From a virus: a DNA stretch of 64,000 bases. The notes beneath the pieces are model-generated. The model worked only from the letters and a program-made list of their open reading frames with translations, was not told the DNA's origin and searched no databases. The DNA lies in IMG/VR virus record IMGVR_UViG_3300047462_000185, positions 1-64,000 of that record; one strand, 5' to 3'. The translations under genes and the position numbers were made by a program. Below are positions 43,920-53,872 of this stretch, piece after piece (the first letter of the stretch is position 1; every line of letters begins with the position of its first letter).

Positions 43920-45378
43920 TCAGATGCTCAGTCGCTTGCAGATCTTGTCGACCTGCCCGCCAACTGTGGCAAGCTTGCTCGCAAGGTCCTCGGTCGAAGC
44001 GTCAACCGCTTCGGCGACGATGTCTTGCAGGCTGGGGGCTGTCTTGGACGGCACCTTGGTCTCCAGCAGGTCGAGATGCTGCTGCATCCCGGCCGCCGCG
44101 TCGGCGATGTCCTGGTCGGTAATGACGAACTGGCCTCCTCCGGCCCGACCGATCGCATAGAGCTTGGCGCGCTCCACGGCTTCACGGATCACGGCAGGAA
44201 TCTGGCCGGCCAAGACGAGGCCCGCGCGCTCCAGGGTGTCGGCCGCATCGAGGCGGGTGCGCCCATACAGGCGCATCAGCTTGCGAGCCGCCGGCGCGTC
44301 CGGGGGCGTCACGTCGATCACCGCATCGAGCCGACCAGGGCGAAGCATCGCCTTGTTGATCTGCTCGACGTGGTTGGTGGTAAGCGCCACCATGATCTCG
44401 GTGTTCTTCGACTGCACGCCATCGATCGTGTTCAGAATGTCGTCGATCTTCACGGTGCGGTCAGCGCCGGACAAGACCCGGTCGATGTCCTCCGCGAAGA
44501 TGACGCAGGGCTGGTAGGCCTTGGCGAAATCCAAAAGCGTTCGCGAGACCCTTGACCCGCTTCAGCAGCAGGAAGGTCCAGCCGTGCTCGACGGCGATCT
44601 TGGCCGTGGCATGGGCGGTCAGCGTCTTGCCCGTGCCGTAGCGGCCCGAGAGCAGCACACCCCGCTTCAGCGGGATCTTCTGCTCGCGGCACGCCGCGGT
44701 GTGCTTGATCGGGGTCCAGAGCGACGTTTCGATCTGCCGCTCCGTCACCTCGCTGAACACCAGCTCGGTCGTGTCGATCTTGGTCGTGTCGAGGAAGTTC
44801 AGTTCGTCATAGTCCAGGTCACCGTCATCATCGGCTGTCATCGCGAAGGCTTTGCCCTTGTAGATGGACTGCTCCGCGATGAACTTCCGGGTCAGATGTG
44901 CCAGTTCCACGATGGTCTTGTGGAACCGGCGCTCCACCTCGCCACCGATCAGGAAATTCAGACCGGTCTTGCTGCGCCAGGTGTCGCAGGCGACATAGCC
45001 GACGATGCCGGGGATCTCGAAGCGACCCCACACCACCGACATACGCTTGCCGTTGGCACCGATGGTGACATCGAGCGTTTGGGGTGGGTTGTGGCCCCAG
45101 AATCCCGGCGTCGGGACGGCTTCCGCCCAGCCGAACATCGTCGCCATCGCACGGTAAAACGCGACGGCGCCGTCGAGATAATGAGCGTTGATCTTCTCAT
45201 TGATCGCGACCTTCTGGGTCTCCTCGCGCAGCTTGCGCTGCAACGTGTCGATCGCGGTGGGCAAGCCCATCTCGGCCGGCTGGGCCGGTAGCGTGATGTG
45301 CTCGCCAAAGTGGCGAACCGGAACGTCGATCCCTTTGAAGGGATCTTCGAGAACGGCTGGGGTAAACGAATCAGGCAT
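43920..45378 (-). pseudogene. AAA+ ATPase split by a single-base frameshift at 44533-44536
   Basis: Walker A GRYGTGKT in one frame; Walker B IFAEDID and second region of homology LTTNH...AMLRPGRLD in the next. Confidence 0.85.
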
Positions 45379-45475
45379 TTGTTTGTCCTGTTGTTGTGTC
45401 GCGGGGAGCAGCGCGACGGGAAAACTCCCAGCGCTCGCCAACCGTCATGGGGAAGGACGGCGAGGCTTCTGCGGC

Positions 45476-46129
45476 TCAGTTGTTGGTCCGAGCCGTGTCT
45501 TCAGGGGAGTATTCAGGAAGATCGATGTCGCGAAGAAGGTTGGAAAAGCGGCCAGTGCAGTTCTCGCGAAGTTCGTCATCCTTGTCTGGCACCAAGGCAG
45601 CGATATTGCCTTCGGTGTCGCGAATGATATCGAACATCGTGAGTTTTCGGACTGTCTGCGTTTCGCAGGTCATCACGACCACCTCGCGCCGGTCTGGCTG
45701 CTCCGAGGGTAGAAAATTCGGATCAGCCTTTAAGGCCTCAGGTGTGGACGTCGCGGTCCACGCTTCCATGACAAGGTAGATCAGGTCGGTGTTGCTCATG
45801 GAGCCGGCAAGTATCAGAGCGCCGGCCAGGGCATCTTTGAGATACGCCGAATTCGGCATGTCGCCCACGACGACCGGCACGAACATGCCGGATGAAGAAA
45901 CAAAGAAAGCGGTGAACGGACAGCTAGTCTTGCCGCGCAAGCTTGCCTCGATCATGGGACGAATTACGTCTCGCATGTGGCCGATCGGATCGGCTAATTG
46001 CTTGGCCACAATGTCGCGGGTGCGCTGCTCATATTTGCGCTTGGATAGTTCCACGACGTGAAAGACCAGATCCTTCAAGCTGCCGAACCTGACCTCGTCA
46101 TACTGTGGCGCGTTATGCGCTTCGCTCAT
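45476..46129 (-). CDS. Hypothetical protein
   Basis: RBS in the repeated leader; EAW...PSEQPDRREVV. Confidence 0.7.
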   Translation of the reverse strand: MSEAHNAPQYDEVRFGSLKDLVFHVVELSKRKYEQRTRDIVAKQLADPIGHMRDVIRPMIEASLRGKTSCPFTAFFVSSSGMFVPVVVGDMPNSAYLKDALAGALILAGSMSNTDLIYLVMEAWTATSTPEALKADPNFLPSEQPDRREVVVMTCETQTVRKLTMFDIIRDTEGNIAALVPDKDDELRENCTGRFSNLLRDIDLPEYSPEDTARTNN

Positions 46130-46334
46130 GGGGTATCTCCTCAGTGCCGCGCAGAATTGCGTGGCGTATGCCTTGGGGCATTTCGCTGAGCGAGACGACG
46201 CGCCGAATGGCGTTGATCCGCTTGCATATATGGTGATTTCCCGTTGCCCAGGCAACATGAAATCACATGGTCATGTGTTTTTCAAGCGGTTTTCACATGG
46301 TCCTGTGCGAATTCGTTCCACGTGGAACACGGCG

Positions 46335-46562
46335 TCACAGGAGGGGGTCGAACTTCTGCTGCGCTGCGATGAAGTCCTGCGCGGCGCGGGCGGCGGCGAG
46401 ATATTCGACCGAGGGCCGCTTGTCGATCTCCTGGCCGGGCCGGTAGGTGGCCCACACTGCATCCCTGAGCGGCTTGGGCAGGCTGAACCAGTGCTGCTTG
46501 CACATGAACATCCGGGGCGGCACGGCCCGCTGGCAGCCCGGCGCGTGGCAGGTGTGGGGCAT
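46335..46562 (-). CDS. Small Zn-finger protein
   Basis: HTCHAPGC...MCKQHW..LP..LR..VW..Y. Confidence 0.7.
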   Translation of the reverse strand: MPHTCHAPGCQRAVPPRMFMCKQHWFSLPKPLRDAVWATYRPGQEIDKRPSVEYLAAARAAQDFIAAQQKFDPLL

Positions 46563-46762
46563 TACTGGGGCAACTCCATGTCCCATTCGTGGCCGCAAAT
46601 GTCGCACCGCATCGTCACGATATCGCCGCCGGGATATCCGTCGCGGTCAGCGATCTCGTATGCGGCCGGATGAACAGCCGGCGTCGGACCGCCCTTATGC
46701 CAGGGATTCAGTTCCGTGCAGACGAAACGCACTTTCTGAGGCGCTCTCTCAGGATTTGTCAT
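46562..46762 (-). CDS. Small Zn-ribbon-like protein
   Basis: CT...H...CDICGHEW; TAATG coupling. Confidence 0.6.
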   Translation of the reverse strand: MTNPERAPQKVRFVCTELNPWHKGGPTPAVHPAAYEIADRDGYPGGDIVTMRCDICGHEWDMELPQ

Positions 46763-46820
46763 CGACCGCTGCCGTCGCACTCAGGCGCAGCTTTCGCGCG
46801 CTCGCGATACGACTGCGACA

Positions 46821-47213
46821 TCAGGCCATTTCCTCGGCGCGGGCCTGGTGACGCGCCAGGGTGTGCAGCCGACCCAGCACCGAGCTACCCGCACGGGGTG
46901 GAACCATCTGCTTGCCTGTCAGGTGCGCCGAGACGCCCTGAGCCGCGAGGCGCAGGATGAAAGCATCATCTTCGGCGGTGAAAACGCGCACCACCCGTCC
47001 GGCGCGGTAGTTGACCGGCTTACGGACGGGGATCGCAGTCTGGCGCCGCAGTTCGGTCGGCAGATCGACGCCGTGGGTCAGGCAATGCCAGGCGATGCAA
47101 CCGGGCGACACGCCGAACCGCCGGGCAATCTCTGGGAAACCCAGGCCCTCGACCTCACGCATCTGGAACGCTCGGTCGAGGTCGTCCTGGCTGAGCTTGG
47201 CGATGCGCCTCAT
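46821..47213 (-). CDS. Helix-turn-helix DNA-binding protein (second half GcrA-like)
   Basis: GLGFPEIARRFGVSPGCI; FTAEDDAFILRL..QG.SA...SSVLGRLH.L. Confidence 0.65.
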   Translation of the reverse strand: MRRIAKLSQDDLDRAFQMREVEGLGFPEIARRFGVSPGCIAWHCLTHGVDLPTELRRQTAIPVRKPVNYRAGRVVRVFTAEDDAFILRLAAQGVSAHLTGKQMVPPRAGSSVLGRLHTLARHQARAEEMA

Positions 47214-48862
47214 TCCGCGGCCTCCTGCTGCCCGGCCTCCTCGTCGGCCTCCGAATCACCCTCGCCGTCATCGTCATCACCGGGTCGCGCCACGATGGGC
47301 GCCCGGTCGTCGAACCAGCCCGGCGGCGTCCAACCCGGCAGCTTGCCGACCAGCTGTGCGCGCAGCTTCGCCCCGGTCTTGGCCGGGACCATCTCCTTGC
47401 CCTCGGCCAGCAGCGCCAGCACGTCCGCATTGACGTGCGCCAGGAATTCCTCGGTGTCGAACCGTGGCTGCTCGACGTGGAAAATCTGGCTGCCAATCCA
47501 CCCCACGGCAGGGCCGCTCCCGATGCCCTTGCCGTCCGAGACTTGGATGATGCGGGACAGCGCCTCGCCGGCCATGATCTTCAGATCATCGACGCTCGCG
47601 CTGTTGGTGGGCCACGCCAGGGCGCGCTCCGCAATGTCCTCCATATTTTCGGTGCGCCACGCCACGCCATCCCTGGTGATCCGCAGATTGCTGGCCGCCA
47701 GCGCGATCAGCAGAAGCCTGATCATATTGGCGTCGCTGAGCGCCCGGATTTCGTCGGAGAACGCCTCGGCGAAGAAGCCGCGCTTCATCTCGTTCAGCAG
47801 GATTGCGCCCTTCTTGTCGATCGGCGGCTTCACTGTGACCGGCTTAGGGTCATCCTGGATCGCCGCTCGGCCCGGCGCGCCCTTCTTTTTCGCGCCGGCT
47901 TCGCTGATTGCGGCCGCCGTGGCGCGACCCATGCCATAGCCCTCGGGCACGACGCCGATCAGTAGCTTGCGGTCCGGACCCGGGCTGCGGATCGGCTTGC
48001 GCGCGTCGAACTGGATGGTGTGTTCCATCTTCCAGCCGGCCGGCGCCACCAGCAGGCCGGTCGGCCCGACCTCGCCATAGACGGCATGCTTGCTCTTGGC
48101 GGCCAACGCCTTCACGGCCTGCACCTGGCAGGCCATGAACTTTTTCGTGTCCGACGTGGTGAACCGGTCGTCGGCGTCAGGCTCGGCGAACAGGTCCTCG
48201 TCCCAGACGATGCCGAATGCGTCAGGATCGAACAGGGCATCGACCTTGTTCAGTCGCATCACCTCGCAGTGCCGCGCGATGTAATGCCACCGCGGCTCCC
48301 GCGCGCCCTTCGGGCCAGCCCAGGAGTGGCGATGCGCGATAGCCGCCTTCTGCATATCGCGCGGAGCCGCGACGATCCGGCGCAGCTCGTGGGTATTCGG
48401 GATGCCGTGCTCGGCAATGGCGGCCAGAACGTCCGGATGCGCGCCCGCGAGCAGAGTCATGCGGCGCGCCGTGGTCTCGGGAATGCCCAGGGACTGGGCC
48501 GCCAGAGCGACCGACATTCCCCCGTCCTGCAGCGTCTTCATGGCGCGCCACTGGTCGACCGGGTTCATGCTGCTGCGAACCATGTTCTCAGCCGCTCCAG
48601 CGGCGACGATCTGATCGCCGGAGCCGGCATGGTCGATCGCCTCGATCTCGGTCCAGCCCAGCGCCTGAGCGGCCCGCCAGCGCCTCTCGCCAGCGACGAT
48701 GACGTAACGTCGACCACCTTCCGGATTGTCGCGCACCAGGATCGGCTGCAGCTGGCCCAGCGTGGACATGCTGATCCGCAGCGCCTCGTCCGCCTCCCTC
48801 GAAGGCTTGATCCGCCGCACATTGTCCGGATCCGGGGAGATGTGCGTGATATCGATTTTCAT
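47210..48862 (-). CDS. ParB/RepB/Spo0J-family protein
   Basis: GQLQPILVR...YVIVAGERRWRAA...ENMVR..M.PVDQ.RA plus HTH. Confidence 0.9.
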   Translation of the reverse strand: MKIDITHISPDPDNVRRIKPSREADEALRISMSTLGQLQPILVRDNPEGGRRYVIVAGERRWRAAQALGWTEIEAIDHAGSGDQIVAAGAAENMVRSSMNPVDQWRAMKTLQDGGMSVALAAQSLGIPETTARRMTLLAGAHPDVLAAIAEHGIPNTHELRRIVAAPRDMQKAAIAHRHSWAGPKGAREPRWHYIARHCEVMRLNKVDALFDPDAFGIVWDEDLFAEPDADDRFTTSDTKKFMACQVQAVKALAAKSKHAVYGEVGPTGLLVAPAGWKMEHTIQFDARKPIRSPGPDRKLLIGVVPEGYGMGRATAAAISEAGAKKKGAPGRAAIQDDPKPVTVKPPIDKKGAILLNEMKRGFFAEAFSDEIRALSDANMIRLLLIALAASNLRITRDGVAWRTENMEDIAERALAWPTNSASVDDLKIMAGEALSRIIQVSDGKGIGSGPAVGWIGSQIFHVEQPRFDTEEFLAHVNADVLALLAEGKEMVPAKTGAKLRAQLVGKLPGWTPPGWFDDRAPIVARPGDDDDGEGDSEADEEAGQQEAAE

Positions 48863-49320
48863 CTCGTGTTGCTCCGCTGATGACGTTCAAGGTGGCGCTG
48901 CACCGAGGCCGGCGGGTCGCGGGGCCGGTCGGCCAGCCCCTTGCAAATTTGCACGACCCTGTCGCACGTCTCGATGTCGAAATACCCGATGTGACAGGCC
49001 GACGGCGTCAGATCGAGCTGCATGGCGAGGTAGCCGTAGGCCGCGCTGCGCGACATCATGCCGCTGCGCCAGAGTGGGTCGAACGCGTTATGAACGCGTA
49101 TCTTCGCGGCACGCAGCGCCTTGTCGGCCAGGCGGCCCAGCGGTGTGACGGTGCCTTTGTGGCATCCCACCCAGGCACCGCACGGCACGCAGGCCCACAG
49201 CGGCCCGTAATCGCGCCCGTTGTAGAAGCGCTCCGAGGATTGGAAGAAGCGTGCCGGCTTCCCGCAATAAGGGCACGTCACCGTCACACCGGCCGTCGCC
49301 TCGGATGTCGTGCTGCTCAT
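48859..49320 (-). CDS. DUF3268-like zinc-finger protein
   Basis: CPYCG...C.PC.AWVGCH...PLGRLA...H.AFDPLW...CHIG.F. Confidence 0.8.
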   Translation of the reverse strand: MSSTTSEATAGVTVTCPYCGKPARFFQSSERFYNGRDYGPLWACVPCGAWVGCHKGTVTPLGRLADKALRAAKIRVHNAFDPLWRSGMMSRSAAYGYLAMQLDLTPSACHIGYFDIETCDRVVQICKGLADRPRDPPASVQRHLERHQRSNTR

Positions 49321-49688
49321 CAGATGCCTCCACGTCGGTTGGCCGACATGGTCTGCCAGGCGTCACACAGCATCCGGGACGCCTCGCGCCTGGCGCGCAA
49401 CGTCTCGAACCGAGCTGTGGCGCTGGCGTGCTCCTTGACCGCGTTCTGGTATTGGGAGCTGGCGCGCGCCTCCCACTTCTTCGCGTCGGCGGACCGCTCC
49501 TCGGACATGCCGGCGGCCAGGGCCTCGATCGAGCCGATCATGAATTCGGTGCGCACCATCTCGCCGCGCGCCGCGCCGACCTCCTCGGCGGACAGGGCGA
49601 GGAAGTTGAGCGCTTCCTCGACCTGGTTCTCGGTGACGAAGGCGCGGCCCGGCGGTTCCCGCCGGCGCGCGTTGTTGTCGTGCGACAT
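49320..49688 (-). CDS. Hypothetical helical protein of the recombination module
   Basis: Coupled to the downstream gene; AWQTMSANRR C-terminus. Confidence 0.7.
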   Translation of the reverse strand: MSHDNNARRREPPGRAFVTENQVEEALNFLALSAEEVGAARGEMVRTEFMIGSIEALAAGMSEERSADAKKWEARASSQYQNAVKEHASATARFETLRARREASRMLCDAWQTMSANRRGGI

Positions 49689-49697
49689 GGGCGATCC

Positions 49698-50291
49698 CTA
49701 AAACGGTATCTCGTCGTCGAGATCGTTCGGCGGCGGCACGCCGCGGCCTCCATTGCCATTCCCGTTGCCTGGCGGAGCGCCCCGGTCATAGCCGCCGCGC
49801 CCGGCGTCACGCGCGTTCTGGCGATCGTCGCGGCGCCCGCCCCAGGCCCCATCCCCGCCACGCCCCGCGTCCCGGCCATTTCCGTTGCCCCGGTCGCCGC
49901 CATTGCCCTGGCTGCGGTCATAGCCGCCCCGGTCGCCGCCATTGCCCTGGCTGCGGCCTGAAGGCGATCCGCAGGGCACGACCTGACCGCCAGGACCGGC
50001 CACCACGACTTCCGAGACGTAGACCTTCTGGCCGTTCTTGTCGTAGCTGCGGTGCTGCAGCTGGCCCACGATGGTGATCAGGTCGCCCTTGCGCATGCTC
50101 TCGACGACTTTGCAGGCACCGCCATAAATCACCACCATGTGCCAGTCGGTGATCTCCTCGCCTTGCTGGTTCTTGTAGCGGGTCGTAGCGACGCTGAGGC
50201 GCGCCGCATCGTTGTCGCGGCCGATCTGCTTGATCTCGGGATCCTTGCCCAGCCGGCCGCACAGCGTGACGCTGTTGATCGAGGTTGCCAT
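49698..50291 (-). CDS. ssb: Single-stranded DNA-binding protein
   Basis: NSVTLCGRLGKDPE...TDWH...KG..I.I.G.L..R.Y; acidic DDEIPF tail. Confidence 0.95.
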   Translation of the reverse strand: MATSINSVTLCGRLGKDPEIKQIGRDNDAARLSVATTRYKNQQGEEITDWHMVVIYGGACKVVESMRKGDLITIVGQLQHRSYDKNGQKVYVSEVVVAGPGGQVVPCGSPSGRSQGNGGDRGGYDRSQGNGGDRGNGNGRDAGRGGDGAWGGRRDDRQNARDAGRGGYDRGAPPGNGNGNGGRGVPPPNDLDDEIPF

Positions 50292-50297
50292 CTCCGG

Positions 50298-51113
50298 TTA
50301 CTCCGCCGCCGCTTGGTGTTCAGGCTGATCCGCGGGCGGCTCGCGATGCCACGTCTCGCGGTAGGTCGTGGTGACGAACGCCAGGGTCGCGGGCGACATC
50401 TTGCCGCGCAACTCGACATCATCGAGCCAGAACTTGTCCGCCTCGGCCGGGTCGGCCGCGTTCTTCAGCGCGGAGTTGAATGCGGCGACGAGCTTTCTGA
50501 ACGTCGCATCTTCCTTCGTTGCACTCGGCGGCGCAGAGGCCGGCGTGCGACCCGTGGGGCGGCGCGTCTCCTGCGGTGGCTCGGGCTGCTGCTGCTGCGC
50601 CATGTCGCGCTCGAGGGCGGCACGCTCGGCATCGTAGTCGCGGAAATGGTTGCCCTCGAAGATGTTGGCGTCGTCGTCCTCGTCACTGGCAAGGCAGAGG
50701 ATCGTGTTCACGCTGTAGCGGCGCATATAGGTCAGCTGCGAGCCAAACGCCTGCGGACCGCCACCCTCTTCCAGCGGCATTTCGCAGCTGATCCACTGGC
50801 CGCTCTTGTGAATGATGCGCGTGGTCAGCCACGGGCGCGGCTCGTAGGTGATGACCTGGATCACGGCCAGACCCGCATTCGCCATAGGGGCGCGGATCGT
50901 GTTCATGATGCTGCCGAGCGTGGCATACTTGAACTTGTAGGAGCCGCTCGACTTCGATCTGACCTCGACCTCGCGGTCGCGGGGCGGGTTCTGCACCTCT
51001 CCCTGGAACTGGACCAGGGCGGCATAGATTTCGACGATCTCTGCGCTCTCACGGCGGATCGGGGCAGGCACAACTTGCGCCGGCGGGGCCGACAGGATCG
51101 ATGCGTCGCTCAT
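50298..51113 (-). CDS. ERF-family single-strand annealing protein
   Basis: FKYATL...H.SGQWI...PQAFGSQLTYMRRYS...EDDDA. Confidence 0.9.
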   Translation of the reverse strand: MSDASILSAPPAQVVPAPIRRESAEIVEIYAALVQFQGEVQNPPRDREVEVRSKSSGSYKFKYATLGSIMNTIRAPMANAGLAVIQVITYEPRPWLTTRIIHKSGQWISCEMPLEEGGGPQAFGSQLTYMRRYSVNTILCLASDEDDDANIFEGNHFRDYDAERAALERDMAQQQQPEPPQETRRPTGRTPASAPPSATKEDATFRKLVAAFNSALKNAADPAEADKFWLDDVELRGKMSPATLAFVTTTYRETWHREPPADQPEHQAAAE

Positions 51114-52120
51114 TCTGCGGCCTCCTGGACCGGTTCTGCGGCCTGCTCGGCCGGTGCCTCATCGGGCATTTTGACGATGGTGACGGCGCCGTTCTTCGCC
51201 TTGCTGGCGCTGATGCCGTGGCCGAACGCGCGGCGCGCCTCCTTCGGGAAAAGCGCCTTGATGTCCTTCTTGGCGGCGTCGAGAATCTTCGCGGCCTCCT
51301 CGTGGTCGATGAACCGGTGTGCCGCATCGGCCCAGGCGTTGCTCGCCGTCATGTCGGTCTCGACCATGCTGCTTAGGTCGAGCACGGCGGGCGGCAGGTT
51401 CATCGCTTTTGGCTCGATGCCGCGCTCGACCGATTGCCAGAACCGCGCCTCGGCCTCGGCCAGTTCGGCCATATAGACCGGATCGAATTCGATGGGCTGG
51501 AGGATGTGCTTGTAGGTGCCCATCGTCATCGAGAGATAGGCGAACTCGGTGCCGGCGACCCACATGTTGTGCTGACATTGGGGCCAGAACTTTTCGATCA
51601 GCTCGGGCAGCTTCTGGAACCCCACCGCTGCCTTACACTCGACAATGCCTGTCATGCCGGCGATCGTGCTGAGCAGGAATCCGTCGAGCGAAGCGTGCCG
51701 GTGCGCCACCTTCGGATGTCGCGCCACCTCGCCGTGACGGGTGATGCGCGTCCCAGGCGCGCAGAAGCCCTGCGCCGCGGCCGCTTCCTCGGTGATGGCG
51801 AGGTTGAGACGTTCGAGCCAATGGCCGCAGCGCACCGTCAGGTCGCCCGAGATGTCATGGTGGGCGCGTTCGCCCCGCATGATCTCGGCCAGTTCGAGCA
51901 GCTTGCCCGGCTCGCCCTTGGCGATGATCCGGGCGTCCGAGCCGCCGATGCTGCGCTCGCGCTGGGCGCGCTGCTTGGGGGTGAGGCCGAGACTGGCCAG
52001 GTCGACGATACCGTCGGGCCGGAGCCCGTAATGGGGCGTCAGTGCTGCCATGACCGAGAGCAGCCGTTCGAGGGAAAGCTCCTCGCTGGCCGCGATGGCG
52101 GCCAATTCCTCATGATCCAT
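51110..52120 (-). CDS. YqaJ/lambda-exonuclease family protein
   Basis: IGGSDA...GHWLE...ASLDG...VECK...QCQHNMWV.G. Confidence 0.9.
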   Translation of the reverse strand: MDHEELAAIAASEELSLERLLSVMAALTPHYGLRPDGIVDLASLGLTPKQRAQRERSIGGSDARIIAKGEPGKLLELAEIMRGERAHHDISGDLTVRCGHWLERLNLAITEEAAAAQGFCAPGTRITRHGEVARHPKVAHRHASLDGFLLSTIAGMTGIVECKAAVGFQKLPELIEKFWPQCQHNMWVAGTEFAYLSMTMGTYKHILQPIEFDPVYMAELAEAEARFWQSVERGIEPKAMNLPPAVLDLSSMVETDMTASNAWADAAHRFIDHEEAAKILDAAKKDIKALFPKEARRAFGHGISASKAKNGAVTIVKMPDEAPAEQAAEPVQEAAE

Positions 52121-52146
52121 TTCGCTGTCCTTGCTGGATTGGCGAT

Positions 52147-52176
52147 AAGCTACATGGTAGTGTGTTTTCTCGTCAA
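52147..52176 (-). promoter_or_regulatory. Candidate promoter TTGACG-N18-TAGCTT with the palindromic operator in its spacer
   Basis: Directly upstream of the exonuclease-ERF-SSB operon. Confidence 0.55.
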
Positions 52177-52196
52177 GCCCGGGGGACGTGATCAAG

Positions 52197-52517
52197 ATGC
52201 GACGCCGTCCAAACCCACTCAGCCATGTGCCAGTCACGCGAGCACAGGCGATAGCGGCTCACACGGCGGGCCAGCATGCCTATGCTGCTGGCACCGAACA
52301 CGGTGCGTGCGACATCGCGAGTGTAGAGCTTAGGTGGCAATGGCAGGCCGGCTGGCGCGCCGCCGATGCAGCGTTCTGGCGCCGGCTACGCGATTGTGCT
52401 GAGCGCGGCCCGCTTCCAGGTGTTGGTCGCGGTGCGGACCTAGACATAGCTCGCGTCCCACGATCCGCCGTCGAGCCGACACACCGGATGGAGCTTCCAC
52501 CAAACTCACTTGGCTAG
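52197..52517 (+). CDS. Rmf/CrpP-fold-like small protein
   Basis: A...G..AY.AG.....C......WQWQAGWR pattern. Confidence 0.45.
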   Translation: MRRRPNPLSHVPVTRAQAIAAHTAGQHAYAAGTEHGACDIASVELRWQWQAGWRAADAAFWRRLRDCAERGPLPGVGRGADLDIARVPRSAVEPTHRMELPPNSLG

Positions 52518-52554
52518 AATGCGAAAAAGCCCCCCGAACAAACGGGCGGCTTTG

Positions 52555-53154
52555 TCACGCTGCGGCCGGTTCGGACTCCGCCGACACCAGGGCCGGCGGA
52601 TCGAATCTCCGCTTGCCGCGGGCCTCCGAGTGCCGGATCACCTTGCGCCGGATTTCATCGGTCAGGGCGACATATTCGTGGTGCATGCGGCCGCCGGCCA
52701 GCAGGAACGCCTCGTCGGTATAGTCCGGCTTGGGCAGGGACGAGACCCAGCCGGGTCCGCGTTCCTTGCCCCAGCGGGACACCGCAGCGGCAGTGCTGGC
52801 CCAGAGGTAGGTTTGCGCCAAGGTGTGCCCCATCGGGGACTCCATGGAGCGGCTGTGCATCACGATCATGATCTCGGTCGGGCCAACCCTGTGGCCGGGC
52901 ATTTGCCCGAACAGGATCTTGAGCCGCTCTTCGTAGATCATGGCCTTCCACTCGTTGATGAATTCGATATCGGTCCATTTGCCGAGATTGTGGAACACGA
53001 CCGGACCGAACGTGTAGCGCCGCTGATCGGCGGTGAGGATCGGCAGATCGGGACATAGGTCGTAGCTGAATTCCAGAACGCGCGGCGGCGAGCCCATGCG
53101 GGCCAGCAGCAGCAGCATCTTCTGGTTCTGGTTAGTTCCGGGTATCTCTGTCAT
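52555..53154 (-). CDS. Hypothetical protein (paralog of 53873-54670)
   Basis: Leader-element RBS; shared motifs with the paralog. Confidence 0.75.
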   Translation of the reverse strand: MTEIPGTNQNQKMLLLLARMGSPPRVLEFSYDLCPDLPILTADQRRYTFGPVVFHNLGKWTDIEFINEWKAMIYEERLKILFGQMPGHRVGPTEIMIVMHSRSMESPMGHTLAQTYLWASTAAAVSRWGKERGPGWVSSLPKPDYTDEAFLLAGGRMHHEYVALTDEIRRKVIRHSEARGKRRFDPPALVSAESEPAAA

Positions 53155-53197
53155 CGGACAGGTCTCCTCAGTCCTGGCTCCATTGCCAGGGGACCGC

Positions 53198-53488
53198 CTA
53201 GTCGGCGGCTTCGACGTCCGATGTGATGCGGCGCTCATCCACGGCGAGCGCGATTGCTTCCCACTCCTTGCGGAGCTGGTCGAGCTTTTCGCAGCGCCGA
53301 CGATGCTGGGCCACAGCAACTTGCATCGCGCCGGGATCCTGCACGTAATAGTCGCGGCCGTTCGGATGAACCTCCTGAAGCAATTTCTGAAGCCGATCGA
53401 TTGCGTCGAGCACTTTTATGATTGGCTCGACCAGGCCGTCGCGTGACGTGCCGTTCATGTGCAGGGTGGGGATGGCGAGCTTTGCCAT
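53198..53488 (-). CDS. Hypothetical protein
   Basis: PTLHMNGTSR..L...PNGRDYY.Q; leader-element RBS. Confidence 0.75.
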   Translation of the reverse strand: MAKLAIPTLHMNGTSRDGLVEPIIKVLDAIDRLQKLLQEVHPNGRDYYVQDPGAMQVAVAQHRRRCEKLDQLRKEWEAIALAVDERRITSDVEAAD

Positions 53489-53532
53489 TGCGGGTCTCCT
53501 CAGTCCTGGCCCAATTGCCAGGGGACCGCCGA

Positions 53533-53820
53533 TCAAACGAGATCGGCGGGGTCGACCTTCTGTTTCCAGGGCGCCAGCTGATAGAACAGCGGCTCCAAGC
53601 GTCGCGTTGGCTCGACAAACACGTAGGTCATGTCGAGCTTACGCTTGTCTTCGTCGATCGTGGTGCCCAGGAAATGCACCTTCCAGCGATGCGCCAGATC
53701 CTGGCCCATCGTGCTATAGCCGAACGGGTTGTCTTCGTCGGCCGTCGGTGCGTCCTTGTTGGCGCGAACCCGTTCCAGGGTGGCGCGCAGCTTCTTCGGG
53801 TATTGCTTCTTCTTTGCCAT
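53533..53820 (-). CDS. Hypothetical protein
   Basis: GGAG RBS; clean ORF. Confidence 0.65.
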   Translation of the reverse strand: MAKKKQYPKKLRATLERVRANKDAPTADEDNPFGYSTMGQDLAHRWKVHFLGTTIDEDKRKLDMTYVFVEPTRRLEPLFYQLAPWKQKVDPADLV

Positions 53821-53872
53821 AGTATCTCCAATGGCTTCATCGGGCCGCGGGATGCGGCGAGCCTGACCGCCC

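Noticed and set aside
49888-49956. Tandem 30-bp repeat
   Set aside because: Encodes the Gly-rich SSB linker (RSQGNGGDRG).
43552-53505. CUGAGGA in the leader elements as a hammerhead CUGANGA core
   Set aside because: No stem II-GAAA follows; it is explained as the SD sequence.
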